A stretch of DNA of 61,650 nt, from positions 1 through 61,650 of the IMG/VR virus record IMGVR_UViG_3300032324_000012; one strand, written 5' to 3'. Below are positions 43,389 to 58,043 of this stretch, in pieces. This DNA is from a virus. Its lineage: Duplodnaviria > Caudoviricetes. The notes under the pieces were generated by a model, which was not told the origin of the DNA, ran no database searches, and saw only the letters and a list, made by a program, of their open reading frames with translations. How positions within the stretch are numbered: the stretch's first letter is position 1; every line of letters starts with the position of its first letter. The position numbers and the translations under genes are program-made.

Positions 43389-46300
43389 ATTCCTCGTCTT
43401 CGTCGTCGTACTCGCGAATATTACGCATCAATTCAGGTCGCAGTGACTTATTAAGTGTAATGCCGTGGTACATCTCGGAGGTTGTCCGCATGTGCTGTGC
43501 CATAGAGTTGTCAATCGTGTCGGGTGTAATTGCCGCAGTCGGGTGCTTCTTATTGAAGTCAAGCATCTTCTGCAACACACTTGCACGTTCTTGCCCGTCG
43601 CCATTGCGGGTGGCAATGTAAAAGTTGCGCAGTAACTTGGTGCGGTCTTCCATGGCCTTGCGCTCAATGTTCTTCAGCGAACTATTGATTTCCAACTGAC
43701 GGGTGTATTCGGCAGGGGCGAAACCAAAGAACTGAGCAAACGTATTCCAATAGCCAAGGTCACCAGTGATAGGGTCACCACGCAAGGTGTTTGCACCTTC
43801 AGTACCAAAACGCATGGACTTCAACATGTTACCCATTGCAGACGGGAGCATCTGCTCGACACCGCGTTGGGTGTAGCCCTCGTTGATCAAGTTTAGGCCA
43901 CGTTCCATTCGGCTTACAACACCAAGCACAGGGCCACCTGCTTGCTCCATCAGACTCAATAAGACGCTATCGCTTGGTTTTGTGGTGGTGTCGCGGAACA
44001 ATAAGTCGCTCAGACCCACACGATTGGCAATCTCTACGCCAAACACAGCATTACCAAGACCACTGTAGTACAACTCACCCATCCACTTACGTGCGGCTGT
44101 ATCCATATCATCGTCATCATCACCCTTAAAGATGTTGTAGACCATGGCGGCAACACCGAACATCGGTACACCGGATGCACCGGCAATCAGGGCGGCAGAG
44201 CCGTAGATACCTGCAATCTGTTTCATGGCGGCTTTGCGGACTTCGGGGTCTTGGTCTTTTAGTGCATCCCGTGCGGTCTTAAACAGCATGTAGTACATAG
44301 ACACGCCGTAACGTTTGTACATGAAAAGAATTTTACCCAAAGGCCCTTGAGCGATACGCGGCGCAGCGGCGGCGGCTGTACCACCGTTAGTAAGTTCTGT
44401 TACGTACACCGCATAGTCAGCGGCTTCTTGTTCTGCCTTGGCGTCAAGGGTGCGACCCTTCTTACGCATCTGATTGAGTTCCAACTCGTAAGCCGCAATC
44501 AGTGCAACTTGTCGGTTCATGCGTTCGCCATGATGGAAAACGAAACCGGAAGCGGCATTGACCTTGGTGAGCAAGTTGTTCTCTTCGCCTACGTCAAGGA
44601 TGTCGTATACCTGTGAGCGGTTCAACTGACCACGTGCACCGGCTACCTTGACCAAAGTTTCAAGGTGCTTCAACTCAGGGTGCTTGGAGAAATCGTAGTT
44701 GTCCATGGATGGGAAAGCCTTGACCTTTACCATCTTCTCGCCCTTATCGGTGGGCACTAACATTTCTACTTCGCGGTCAAACCCACTGCCTGTAAAAATA
44801 CGAGCGGCCCGGCCAATAGCCGTTGCTGTAACACCGTATCCGTACTTACCACCCAAGTAAGGCATCACAACCAGCGGGACTTGCGCCAAGTTGACGATGG
44901 CTGACGACACGTTGAAACCGAGCGTCATGTTAAAGCCAAACGATGTGGCTAACTTAGACCACTGCGGTACGTTGGGGCTGATCGCATAGTCAATACGTGC
45001 ATCCATCTCATCCATATACTGCACGGCTTCTTCTTGGTTGCCTTGGCTACGGACGTAGTCTTTGATCTCAGTGCGCAGTTGCTCAAACTTCTGACCATAT
45101 TCCATGTTAGAGAGTTGGCGGGACAGGCTAAACGTCTTTGTACGCAACGCACCAATCGCATCGTGTTGGAAACCTAGCGTTCCTTTACGTCGACGGAATG
45201 ACTGAGCAAACGATGTCTCAGGCAGGGTGTTTAAGAACAACCGCATCACTTCTTCAGTGACATCCGAGTTGACCTTGTTGGCTTCCAATGTACGTAACAC
45301 CCCATTTACAAACGATGTGGCGGGTGCGCGGCGGTAGTTAATTTGGTTTGCGTTGGCAAACTTCTGTACGTCGTCAGCCTTGGCTGACGTGTCAGCCTTG
45401 AGTTCCTTGATTGCTTGGTCGCGAGCATAGTTAGTCTCGTATGCCTCGACGTAAAACTCTCGGTTGCCGTTGCGTGGGTCGACCGCGCTGTATGACAGCC
45501 AGTACTTACCTGAACGAGTAAGTGGGAAGTAAGGTTCGATATGACCACTTGCAAACAGGCGTTGGTAGACTTCGGCCTTAATTTTATTGGCAGTGCCTTT
45601 GTCCTCGATAGCCGAGTCAATACGTGCGTCAAGTACGTCCTTGACTTGTTCATACATCTTCTTGTACGTGTCACGCATCTGGTTGTACACAGAGTGACCG
45701 CTCTCGCCAAGTTTGCGCCAGTCGGCTTGCATGGCATCCCAAGCCTTTAACTTCTCCGCATCTTTAGCGTATTCGGCGCGGGGCTTGGATGGGTCAACTT
45801 GCTCTAACGTACTTGTATATATGACGTTGTTGAGGGCGTCTACCTTATCGGAATTGGTTTTTGCCCATTTTTCCACACGCTCAATAATTGGCTCAATAGA
45901 TTGACTACGGGCGTTCTCTGACCCTGCGCGTTCCCCCACAAGCACATCCAACTTATTTGCCATCGGGATGTATTTTTTCGCTACGTCGACCAATGCGTTA
46001 AGCGGTAGTGCACTGCGTACAATGTTTTTAATTGCGTTGGGTGTAGTACCCGTGAAGAACTCGTCAATACGGCCTTTCCACTCCGCGCTGATGTATGGCA
46101 GTTCGTGATAGCTTTCGCTCAATCCATCAAGAAGTTTGCCACCCCTACCTTGCAAAGCGGCGGCGTACAACACATCCCCACTGCGGAATTCGGGTGCAGG
46201 GGAAAGAATCTCGTTAATCATTGCATCGGTAGCGTCAAGCGCAGAGTTTGGACTCTTTGTTTCCATATTCATCAAACGACGAATAAAGTTACCAACCGAT

Positions 46301-49300
46301 GTTTTGAAGCGTTGCCATGCGGAGATAGGCTCGCCTTTGGGATTGATAGCGGCTAACTTGGCTTGGAACGCAGGATTACTGAACGCTTCAGCAACAAATT
46401 CATCTAACGATTGCGCGCCGTATGCTGTGTCTAGTGAGCCTTTGACATTGTTGTACAACTCTGTAAGTTGTTTAGTCAAAGGGTGCGACTTATTATCTAG
46501 GACATGTGACGTAGTAGCGTGCGTTACTTCATGCAGTAAAGTGTGTAGGTCAAGCACCTCACCGGCATCGATACTAATCGTGTCTGTCTTGGGGTCGTAG
46601 CGTCCGGCAACGGGCTGACCGGAGGCGTTCTTTAAGTTCTTGACAAACTTAATTTTTGTGTCCCCAATAACTTCAGACAGTCGCTGTGCGGCAGTCGACG
46701 TACGTCCAAGGTTTTGATTTGCAATCATGCGAAGCGCACCAAGCAGGTTGCCCGACTTAGCCACAGCAATGATGGCAGGGTGCAATGGGCGAGTCAGGGC
46801 TACGGCATCTTTGAGCAAGTCAAGTTCGCTATCCATTTGCTCTTGCACTGCGCGATCAAGGGCTTGCTTGGCGTTAAGTTCTGCCAAACGTGCGGCAGTC
46901 TTCACCTCACTTGTTATGAAGTAGTGCTGTAAGCGGTCGATCAGGGCCTTGCGATCAGCATCACTCAGGGAATTAAAGTATGCCTCGGCATGCTTACCAC
47001 CCATTCCGGGAACGAACGCTCCTTCTTTTCCAAACTTTGGATCAGGAATTTGGCCAGCCGTCAGTTGGCTGTTGATCTCATTCAGTACTTTGGATGCGTT
47101 CTTTTCAGGATACATCGCGTTGTACATGTCCGCTGCAAGGAAGTCGATAGCCTTGGCCTTGTCTTCTTTAGCCAGTGCATCGTACATGGCAGAATCTTTG
47201 ACCACACCCTTAATCTCGGGCTTACCTTCGGGTTTACCCTCGGGTTTACCCTCGGGCTTAGTTTCAGCCTTGGGTGTAGCCTTGGGTGTAGCTTTGGGCG
47301 CAGGTGTAGCCTTGGGCGCGGTAGTAGCTTTGGGCTTAGTCTCAAACTTGGTTGTGGGCTCGGGCTTCTTCTCCGTTTTTAATGGAGTTGTCCCCACGTC
47401 TTTTCTGTCTGTAACGCTTCCAGTAGGTCGCTTACCGCTTGCCACTCCAGTGCTTGCAGGTGCTTCAGTTCGTTTGGTATCACTAGCGGGTCGAACAGGC
47501 TTCTTCGGTTGTTCGCTTGGTTTATTACCTGCATCGCTAGTTCCAGTTGCTTTACCGGTATCTGCATCAGGGGTAGTTGGCTTTCGTGGCGCGGCATTTG
47601 TTTTCTCCTTAGTCGTGGGCGCTAAGACCTTACCGCGAGGGCCGAACATCTCGCCTTGTTTGGCTAGTCCACCAAAGGCTTGCATTGCAACACCCTCAAT
47701 GGCTTGCTTGGTTGCGGGGGATAGATTAGGGTTACTACGTACACGCACCAACACATCCGCAACTTGCGGTTGCTGTGCGGGGTCAGCCATGTCTTTGTTG
47801 AGTAGTTGGCGATAAAACCCTGACTGTTTAGGCAATCCGGTGCGGTCAAGAATCTCAGGCGTTAGTACAGTGCCGAACGGAACGGCTTGACCTTCAAGTT
47901 CTTCGTCAGAGAAGGCTTGGGGTGCGGCACCCTTTGGTTTACCCATGCCCGGGAAACTAGGTTGTTCCTGTACACGTCCTGTTTTCTTTTCAGGAATGAG
48001 TGCTTCCATTGCCTGATTCTGGGCAGGTGCAGATGGCTCTACTTCGGGAGCCACAGGTTTAGCGGCTTTAAAATCTTCTGAGCGTTTGACTAACTCTTGC
48101 TCACGTTCTGTCAGCGTTGTATTTGCATAGCGTTGACGTTTTAATTCAGCCTTAAACGCCGCACCGACATCCTTGATGTCAGGGTTACTGATCATTGGTA
48201 AGAGAACTTGCAGGCGACGATCTTCGGTGGACTTCTTTTCCTTGCGGGTAATAGTGTCGTCCAATTCGGCAAGGTCAGACTCAAACTTCAAACGTCCGGT
48301 TTCACTGGCCTTGTCTTCTGCGGCTTTGCGTGCATCAGCGGCTTGTTTTACCCTATCAACTTCTTTCTGATTCTTTTCATCAGCGATCATCTCAATGATC
48401 TGTTGATCTTGGGTGCGGCCACCTACCAGTGGCAGTTCACCTTGGCGCTCGTCCTTAACTGGTGCGGCCTCATCTACCTGCTGCTCCGGGGGAGTCTTCG
48501 GTGGTAATGTATCTCCAAACAAGTCAGGCTGTACTTCATCAAAGGTCTCTTGCAGCGCTGCTTGCTTTCCGCTCCTTGCAAGGTTGCGGTCGAATGTTGA
48601 CATCCCTGCCATGGGGTCAGAGGTACGTAGGTCTTCTTCACGCTGACGTGATTGGGCTTGCTTGCCTGCCTGATATTCGTCGTAATCGGCGCGGGTAGTA
48701 ATGACTGAGCCATCCGGCATGATGACCGGAGTAAACGGCTGTGCGTCATACCCAAGCAGTTGGGTTTCTTGTTTACGTTCCTCACCTGCGGGTGGGGGTG
48801 CCTGTTCTCTATCTTCACCAAGTTGTGCGCGGCGAGCCTTACGGCCAATCGTCATGTCAACAATCAAACTGGCTAGTGCACCAACACCTGCGCCGTATGC
48901 GCCCTCTTCGCCGGAACCGACAAGAATTTCTTGTTTGGGGTCGTACACGCCTTTGGCAATCAGGTTCTGCGCAACCTTCTGAGCGGCTTCTGTTGCGCCT
49001 TCAACACCACCCCGTGCCAGTGCAGTACCTATCAGACTCTTGAATGGTTTGATCTGTGGGGCAAGAATGTCAAGCAAACCAGTAGGCGCACCGAGTTGTG
49101 TAGCCAAGCGTCGTTCTTCGCCTGTGGCACCTTTGGCTTCAGCGGCTTCACGGGCTTCACCTGCACCTGCGGCAACACCAAGACCTGAACCAGCTACCCG
49201 CCCTGCTAGACCGAGAGGGCCAAGCGCAAAGAACGGTAGTGTTGAGCCCAGACCTTGACCAAGATTACGCCCGACAGAATCTTCGTACCCTGCACTTGCT

Positions 49301-49647
49301 TCAAATGGCTTCTTGGCAACCCCAGCAATTTCTTTAATTTTTTCCCGTGCAGACCGCTCAGTGTCGTCAGGCAATAACGCTGCGATACCAGTTCCTGCGG
49401 TCTCGGCCAAGCCAATTGCGCCGGGGACTACACCTTTAAAGAATTCCTTGACGTTACCGCCAAATGTAGTTTCAGGGGCTTCCGGGGGGCGGTTCATCAA
49501 CGCCGCACGGCGTCGCTCAATATCCGCAGTTTGTTGGTCGCGGATATGGCGTTGTGTGGCTAGGACTAGGTCGCGCTCCGAGGCACCGGCGGGGCCTTCA
49601 ATCTCATAGACCTTCCCGTCCGGTGCGGTTATCTCGTATAGCGGCAT
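43387..49647 (-). CDS. Large internal virion / polyvalent protein with zincin metallopeptidase domain
   Basis: 2086 aa; GRYDP...I, TLLHEVTH, DEFVAEA; P/K-rich linker; last gene of the late arm. Confidence 0.75.
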   Translation of the reverse strand: MPLYEITAPDGKVYEIEGPAGASERDLVLATQRHIRDQQTADIERRRAALMNRPPEAPETTFGGNVKEFFKGVVPGAIGLAETAGTGIAALLPDDTERSAREKIKEIAGVAKKPFEASAGYEDSVGRNLGQGLGSTLPFFALGPLGLAGRVAGSGLGVAAGAGEAREAAEAKGATGEERRLATQLGAPTGLLDILAPQIKPFKSLIGTALARGGVEGATEAAQKVAQNLIAKGVYDPKQEILVGSGEEGAYGAGVGALASLIVDMTIGRKARRAQLGEDREQAPPPAGEERKQETQLLGYDAQPFTPVIMPDGSVITTRADYDEYQAGKQAQSRQREEDLRTSDPMAGMSTFDRNLARSGKQAALQETFDEVQPDLFGDTLPPKTPPEQQVDEAAPVKDERQGELPLVGGRTQDQQIIEMIADEKNQKEVDRVKQAADARKAAEDKASETGRLKFESDLAELDDTITRKEKKSTEDRRLQVLLPMISNPDIKDVGAAFKAELKRQRYANTTLTEREQELVKRSEDFKAAKPVAPEVEPSAPAQNQAMEALIPEKKTGRVQEQPSFPGMGKPKGAAPQAFSDEELEGQAVPFGTVLTPEILDRTGLPKQSGFYRQLLNKDMADPAQQPQVADVLVRVRSNPNLSPATKQAIEGVAMQAFGGLAKQGEMFGPRGKVLAPTTKEKTNAAPRKPTTPDADTGKATGTSDAGNKPSEQPKKPVRPASDTKRTEAPASTGVASGKRPTGSVTDRKDVGTTPLKTEKKPEPTTKFETKPKATTAPKATPAPKATPKATPKAETKPEGKPEGKPEGKPEIKGVVKDSAMYDALAKEDKAKAIDFLAADMYNAMYPEKNASKVLNEINSQLTAGQIPDPKFGKEGAFVPGMGGKHAEAYFNSLSDADRKALIDRLQHYFITSEVKTAARLAELNAKQALDRAVQEQMDSELDLLKDAVALTRPLHPAIIAVAKSGNLLGALRMIANQNLGRTSTAAQRLSEVIGDTKIKFVKNLKNASGQPVAGRYDPKTDTISIDAGEVLDLHTLLHEVTHATTSHVLDNKSHPLTKQLTELYNNVKGSLDTAYGAQSLDEFVAEAFSNPAFQAKLAAINPKGEPISAWQRFKTSVGNFIRRLMNMETKSPNSALDATDAMINEILSPAPEFRSGDVLYAAALQGRGGKLLDGLSESYHELPYISAEWKGRIDEFFTGTTPNAIKNIVRSALPLNALVDVAKKYIPMANKLDVLVGERAGSENARSQSIEPIIERVEKWAKTNSDKVDALNNVIYTSTLEQVDPSKPRAEYAKDAEKLKAWDAMQADWRKLGESGHSVYNQMRDTYKKMYEQVKDVLDARIDSAIEDKGTANKIKAEVYQRLFASGHIEPYFPLTRSGKYWLSYSAVDPRNGNREFYVEAYETNYARDQAIKELKADTSAKADDVQKFANANQINYRRAPATSFVNGVLRTLEANKVNSDVTEEVMRLFLNTLPETSFAQSFRRRKGTLGFQHDAIGALRTKTFSLSRQLSNMEYGQKFEQLRTEIKDYVRSQGNQEEAVQYMDEMDARIDYAISPNVPQWSKLATSFGFNMTLGFNVSSAIVNLAQVPLVVMPYLGGKYGYGVTATAIGRAARIFTGSGFDREVEMLVPTDKGEKMVKVKAFPSMDNYDFSKHPELKHLETLVKVAGARGQLNRSQVYDILDVGEENNLLTKVNAASGFVFHHGERMNRQVALIAAYELELNQMRKKGRTLDAKAEQEAADYAVYVTELTNGGTAAAAAPRIAQGPLGKILFMYKRYGVSMYYMLFKTARDALKDQDPEVRKAAMKQIAGIYGSAALIAGASGVPMFGVAAMVYNIFKGDDDDDMDTAARKWMGELYYSGLGNAVFGVEIANRVGLSDLLFRDTTTKPSDSVLLSLMEQAGGPVLGVVSRMERGLNLINEGYTQRGVEQMLPSAMGNMLKSMRFGTEGANTLRGDPITGDLGYWNTFAQFFGFAPAEYTRQLEINSSLKNIERKAMEDRTKLLRNFYIATRNGDGQERASVLQKMLDFNKKHPTAAITPDTIDNSMAQHMRTTSEMYHGITLNKSLRPELMRNIREYDDEDEE

Positions 49648-49656
49648 ATCTATTCC

Positions 49657-51369
49657 TTATTTTGTAGGCTTCTCGCGGACAGTAAATCCTCCGAGTCCGC
49701 CTTGTCCACCACCGTAAAGTTTAGCCTGAATAGAGGAGGCCAACGTGTCAAAAGGCTTAGTAGTCTTATCTACGGCGGCATCAATTTCTAATTGCAACGC
49801 GGCTTTTCTACCCAAGGCTTCTTTATCTTTAGGGTTAGCCATAAGCGCCATCTCGATTGCTTGCGCATCTTTTTGGAAACTCTTAATCACGGCATTCTCG
49901 GCGCGGGCACGATTGTTTGTAATAGTGCTCAGGTGACCTGTTAGTTTAGCAAAATCATTGGCATCGCGCTGTGCGGCAGTCGCGGCGTTTTGTGCGCCAA
50001 TCTTAAGTTTTTCAATCTCACGCATGGCGGCATTGTCTGCAACTTGAGCCTGAGTTTTAGTTATGTCCGTACCGGCCTGAAGACCTGAACGAAGTAACTG
50101 ACTGGATTGGTCAAACGTTTTAAACCCGGTTTCAATACCGGACTTAACTGGCTCACGCTCAAGCCCGACAAGACCTTCGCGTTTATCTTGCAACTCTTTA
50201 AACCGAGCACGTTTTTGTGCGTTTTGTGCGGTATCAAAGTTCATAGCGGTTTCAGCGCCACCGGCAAACTCACCTTGACTACGTCCCCCCATACCAAGCA
50301 GGTAACGTTTGATGCCTTCACGACGTTGCATCTCGGGGTCAAAGTCTTTTTCGTACATGCCCCTAAGACCTGCAATACCTTCTTCGTATATACCACGTTG
50401 CGCGGGTGTAAGTTTTAGGCGGTCTTCTATGCGCTTTTCCTCCGCCAATTTATCGGCTTGCGGATTAGTGTTTAATGCTGAAAGAGTTTGACGATTCAAT
50501 GCGTTTTGCACTGTGTCTTCTGGTGGCCCCATTTGCAATCCACCCAAACCTTGTTGTGGTTTAGGGGGCGCGGCAGGCATAGGAGGTTTGGCCGCTTGTG
50601 GGAGAGGGGGAGCCATTGGTTTTGGCGCGGGAGGGGGCACAGCGGCCTGTGGGCCTGCCCGCATAGTAGCCTGAGCCTCGGACACGGGTAAGCGGTCTGC
50701 TTGTGGTATTTGTGGTGCTTGTGGCGCGGCAGGTGCAAGGGATGCAATACCTAAGTCACGTTTAATACCGTAAGGGCTGGGGGGAATTGCCGCACCCCCA
50801 CGTTTTTCCAATTCCATAAGGCGGTTACGTTCGACTTCACTGCGCTCGCGTTTAAGGCGCTCTTGGTTGGCCGCTTGCTCCATTGCAAGTATACGTGCGC
50901 GGAAGTCTTCAAATGATTCGCCTTCCTTACGTTTGTAGCGTTCATCCTTGTTAGTCGGGCCACCATCGTCAAACGCAACGATACCTCCTGCGGCCATGGC
51001 TTTAGGTTCCATAGCACTTGCAGCGCCGGGGGCACTTGCGATACCACCCATTAACTTCTGCATGGCTTCTTTTTGTTCTGTCTGTTGCTGTTGTGCAAGG
51101 TCGCCGCGCTGTTGAGCAAGTTCATTCTTAGTCATGTCCATGACTTCTTTTTCGCGCTGTTGCGCGATAGTTGAACTAGACTCGCCGTTAGCGGCTTGCT
51201 GTTGAGCCATCTGCATCTGCATTTCACGTGCGGCGGCTTCCTGCGCCGATTTAATTTTTTGCAGTGCTAACAGATCAATTAGTTGCTGCGATGCAGCATA
51301 CTTTTGTTGCAGGGCTTGTGGGTCACCTTTGTATGCGGCAACACGGGATGCGACTTCGCGATCAATCAT
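49657..51369 (-). CDS. Putative internal virion (ejection) protein
   Basis: 570 aa, A/Q-rich helical; MAAGG and FDDGG motifs. Confidence 0.65.
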   Translation of the reverse strand: MIDREVASRVAAYKGDPQALQQKYAASQQLIDLLALQKIKSAQEAAAREMQMQMAQQQAANGESSSTIAQQREKEVMDMTKNELAQQRGDLAQQQQTEQKEAMQKLMGGIASAPGAASAMEPKAMAAGGIVAFDDGGPTNKDERYKRKEGESFEDFRARILAMEQAANQERLKRERSEVERNRLMELEKRGGAAIPPSPYGIKRDLGIASLAPAAPQAPQIPQADRLPVSEAQATMRAGPQAAVPPPAPKPMAPPLPQAAKPPMPAAPPKPQQGLGGLQMGPPEDTVQNALNRQTLSALNTNPQADKLAEEKRIEDRLKLTPAQRGIYEEGIAGLRGMYEKDFDPEMQRREGIKRYLLGMGGRSQGEFAGGAETAMNFDTAQNAQKRARFKELQDKREGLVGLEREPVKSGIETGFKTFDQSSQLLRSGLQAGTDITKTQAQVADNAAMREIEKLKIGAQNAATAAQRDANDFAKLTGHLSTITNNRARAENAVIKSFQKDAQAIEMALMANPKDKEALGRKAALQLEIDAAVDKTTKPFDTLASSIQAKLYGGGQGGLGGFTVREKPTK

Positions 51370-51378
51370 AGTAAATCC

Positions 51379-52248
51379 TTATTTAGCCGCAGCTTTGTCT
51401 TTACCACCAAACAAACGATCATACATATCCATCAAACCACCGGACTGACTGCCAGCCTGAGAAATTGCGCTAGGTTGGGTGTATGAATACTGTTGTGTTG
51501 CCAACGGTAAGTTCTGAAGCAATGACTGCATATACTGCACCTGTTTGAGTGGGTAGTCGCGTTCAGTTTCAAACTGTGTTTTATCAGCAGTAATGCCTTC
51601 AGACTCAATACCGCGCTGAATACCACCAACATCAGTTTGTTTCTGCAACGCCGCAAGGCCATATTGGTTAGCCATATCTTGTGCAGTCTGACCACGACCT
51701 TGCTCTACGTTGAACTGTGCCATGGCTTTGTCATAAGCGTCTTTGTAACCTGTACCGGTAATGCCTGACAACTTCTCCATCAGTGCGCGATTACCTTCAG
51801 ACTCCATGATTGCTTGACGTGAACCACCATACGCACCGGCTTTGGTGAGGCGACCCGCATCGTTAATGCGCGAAATCTCTGCTTGACGGCGCATTTCTTC
51901 AATCTGTGGGTCGAGAGCCGCCTTAAGGTATGGGTTCATGTAGTTCTTGGCTTGGTCTGCCGTGAACGTTTGTGGCGTGAACGCGCCCATTGAGGAAGTG
52001 GGGATTGTTAAACCTGCCAAGCCCTGAAACGCTTGGGTTTGCAAATTAGATGCACCGGCAGTTAGGGGGCCTGTATATGTTTGGTACGGCTCCGAAGCGA
52101 GTGCTTGTCCGCGCCCCAGCATCTCGGTAACGTAAGGGCCTACATAGTTAGAAAGGGCAGACTCCCGCCCAGTTTCTAAACCAACCATGGGGTCTTTGGG
52201 TGCGGTTGTACCAGTTTGACCTGTTGTGCCTGTAGTTGATGCGCTCAT
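51379..52248 (-). CDS. Putative internal virion (ejection) protein
   Basis: YMNPY...AGAYGGSRQAI; Q/A/G-rich. Confidence 0.65.
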   Translation of the reverse strand: MSASTTGTTGQTGTTAPKDPMVGLETGRESALSNYVGPYVTEMLGRGQALASEPYQTYTGPLTAGASNLQTQAFQGLAGLTIPTSSMGAFTPQTFTADQAKNYMNPYLKAALDPQIEEMRRQAEISRINDAGRLTKAGAYGGSRQAIMESEGNRALMEKLSGITGTGYKDAYDKAMAQFNVEQGRGQTAQDMANQYGLAALQKQTDVGGIQRGIESEGITADKTQFETERDYPLKQVQYMQSLLQNLPLATQQYSYTQPSAISQAGSQSGGLMDMYDRLFGGKDKAAAK

Positions 52249-52256
52249 ATATTACC

Positions 52257-53282
52257 TTACGCTAGAAATTTATCGGGGTTAATCTGCTTGCCCTGCTTCT
52301 TTGTGCCAGTGCGAGCCGTACGGATTTTGTCCATCATGGCATACAAACGTTTTGCACCGGCTTCGGAATTTCCGTTACCTAAATGGCTTACAACATCAGC
52401 AGGGATTACAAACTCTCCATGGCTTAATCTTGCTTCTTGTTTACCACCAATTCGTGCTGGAATTTTATCAGCCATTCCATCAGTTGCGCCACCTAAATAT
52501 CGACCTTTTGCCATACTAGCAAGTCCACCGGAAGCCATCTTCACGCCCCGTGCATTTTCTTCTGTATAAACAGGTACTTTTAAATCTTGGGCAACGCTAG
52601 ACGCGGGGCGAGAGGCTACCGCCGTACCACCACCCGCAGGAGACGTAACGGGAGTGGAGGGGGGCAATTCGGGGCCACCAGTAGATGAGAAAGTGCTAGG
52701 GCGTTTTAAGAACCGTTGGTCGTAGAACGCTTGGTTCTGTATGTCCGTAGCCTGTTTAGTTGCAGCCGCCTGTGCCGCCGCTAGTGCATTTGCGTCGCCT
52801 TGTTTAACAAACTGAGGGGCTGTAAAAAATTGTCGCCCTGCTTCTCCCGGCCTACGTGCAGTGTCACGTGAATAATCAATCTGCTTACGCACGGCTTCGT
52901 ACTTAGGGATACTGCCTTGGTAGCCAACCTTTTCTTGTGGCTTATTGGCTTGGTACAAACCATATAGACCACCTGCCGCACCCGCTACAGAACGCCAATC
53001 GACGCCACCGTCTTTAGTCATAAACGTATTTTTTAGCGAGTTAAACGCATCAGCGCCCACTTTTTGAAGTACCCCACCTAACTTAGTAGCTAACGAAGGG
53101 TCGCTAGATAACTCAGGAAAATTTGTTGATAGGTAGTTACCTAAAGCGGCGCTTGTTTCTGCATCGTAATCGTAGTTATCCGCAGGGGGGTAGAGGCTAT
53201 CAACGTAAGCCTCATTACCAAAATCCATATCATCGTCCCTACTGGCGTTGTCAAAGTTTATGCCGTCAAATTCGTCACCCAT
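52257..53282 (-). CDS. Putative internal virion protein
   Basis: C-terminal MASGG...DGMADKIPA...LSHGEFVIPADVV domain. Confidence 0.65.
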   Translation of the reverse strand: MGDEFDGINFDNASRDDDMDFGNEAYVDSLYPPADNYDYDAETSAALGNYLSTNFPELSSDPSLATKLGGVLQKVGADAFNSLKNTFMTKDGGVDWRSVAGAAGGLYGLYQANKPQEKVGYQGSIPKYEAVRKQIDYSRDTARRPGEAGRQFFTAPQFVKQGDANALAAAQAAATKQATDIQNQAFYDQRFLKRPSTFSSTGGPELPPSTPVTSPAGGGTAVASRPASSVAQDLKVPVYTEENARGVKMASGGLASMAKGRYLGGATDGMADKIPARIGGKQEARLSHGEFVIPADVVSHLGNGNSEAGAKRLYAMMDKIRTARTGTKKQGKQINPDKFLA

Positions 53283-53286
53283 GATC

Positions 53287-57692
<4,406 letters not shown>

Positions 57693-57693
<1 letters not shown>

Positions 57694-58043
57694 TATCCGA
57701 CCTTCCAATTCGTTCCGTCTGAATATACAGGCACGGTTACGGCACCGCCAGTCACAACGGTTGCCCCAAACGTCGGAGTTAAAGCGTCTGTTACAAAAGC
57801 CCGTGCACCCCTACCCGAAGTAACTGCGCTAGGCAGTGTGGCTACAGTGTAATTGGTCAACGGAGGTAGAACGCCGGTCGTTGTTTTAAATTGCGCAAGA
57901 ATTGCGTCAACCCTATTGAAGTACAGACGCAAAACGTTGTTAAGTTGATCGTGGTATTGACGCACATAGACTTCAGGTGCAAGCGGCAAGTTAGGCGCAA
58001 CAACCTGATTGATCTCGTCCTCTGACGTAACAATTAACGTCAT
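57693..58043 (-). CDS. Tail-associated protein
   Basis: APNLP..P..Y...LRLYFN N-part; YTVATLP...[11 protein letters not shown]-part. Confidence 0.65.
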
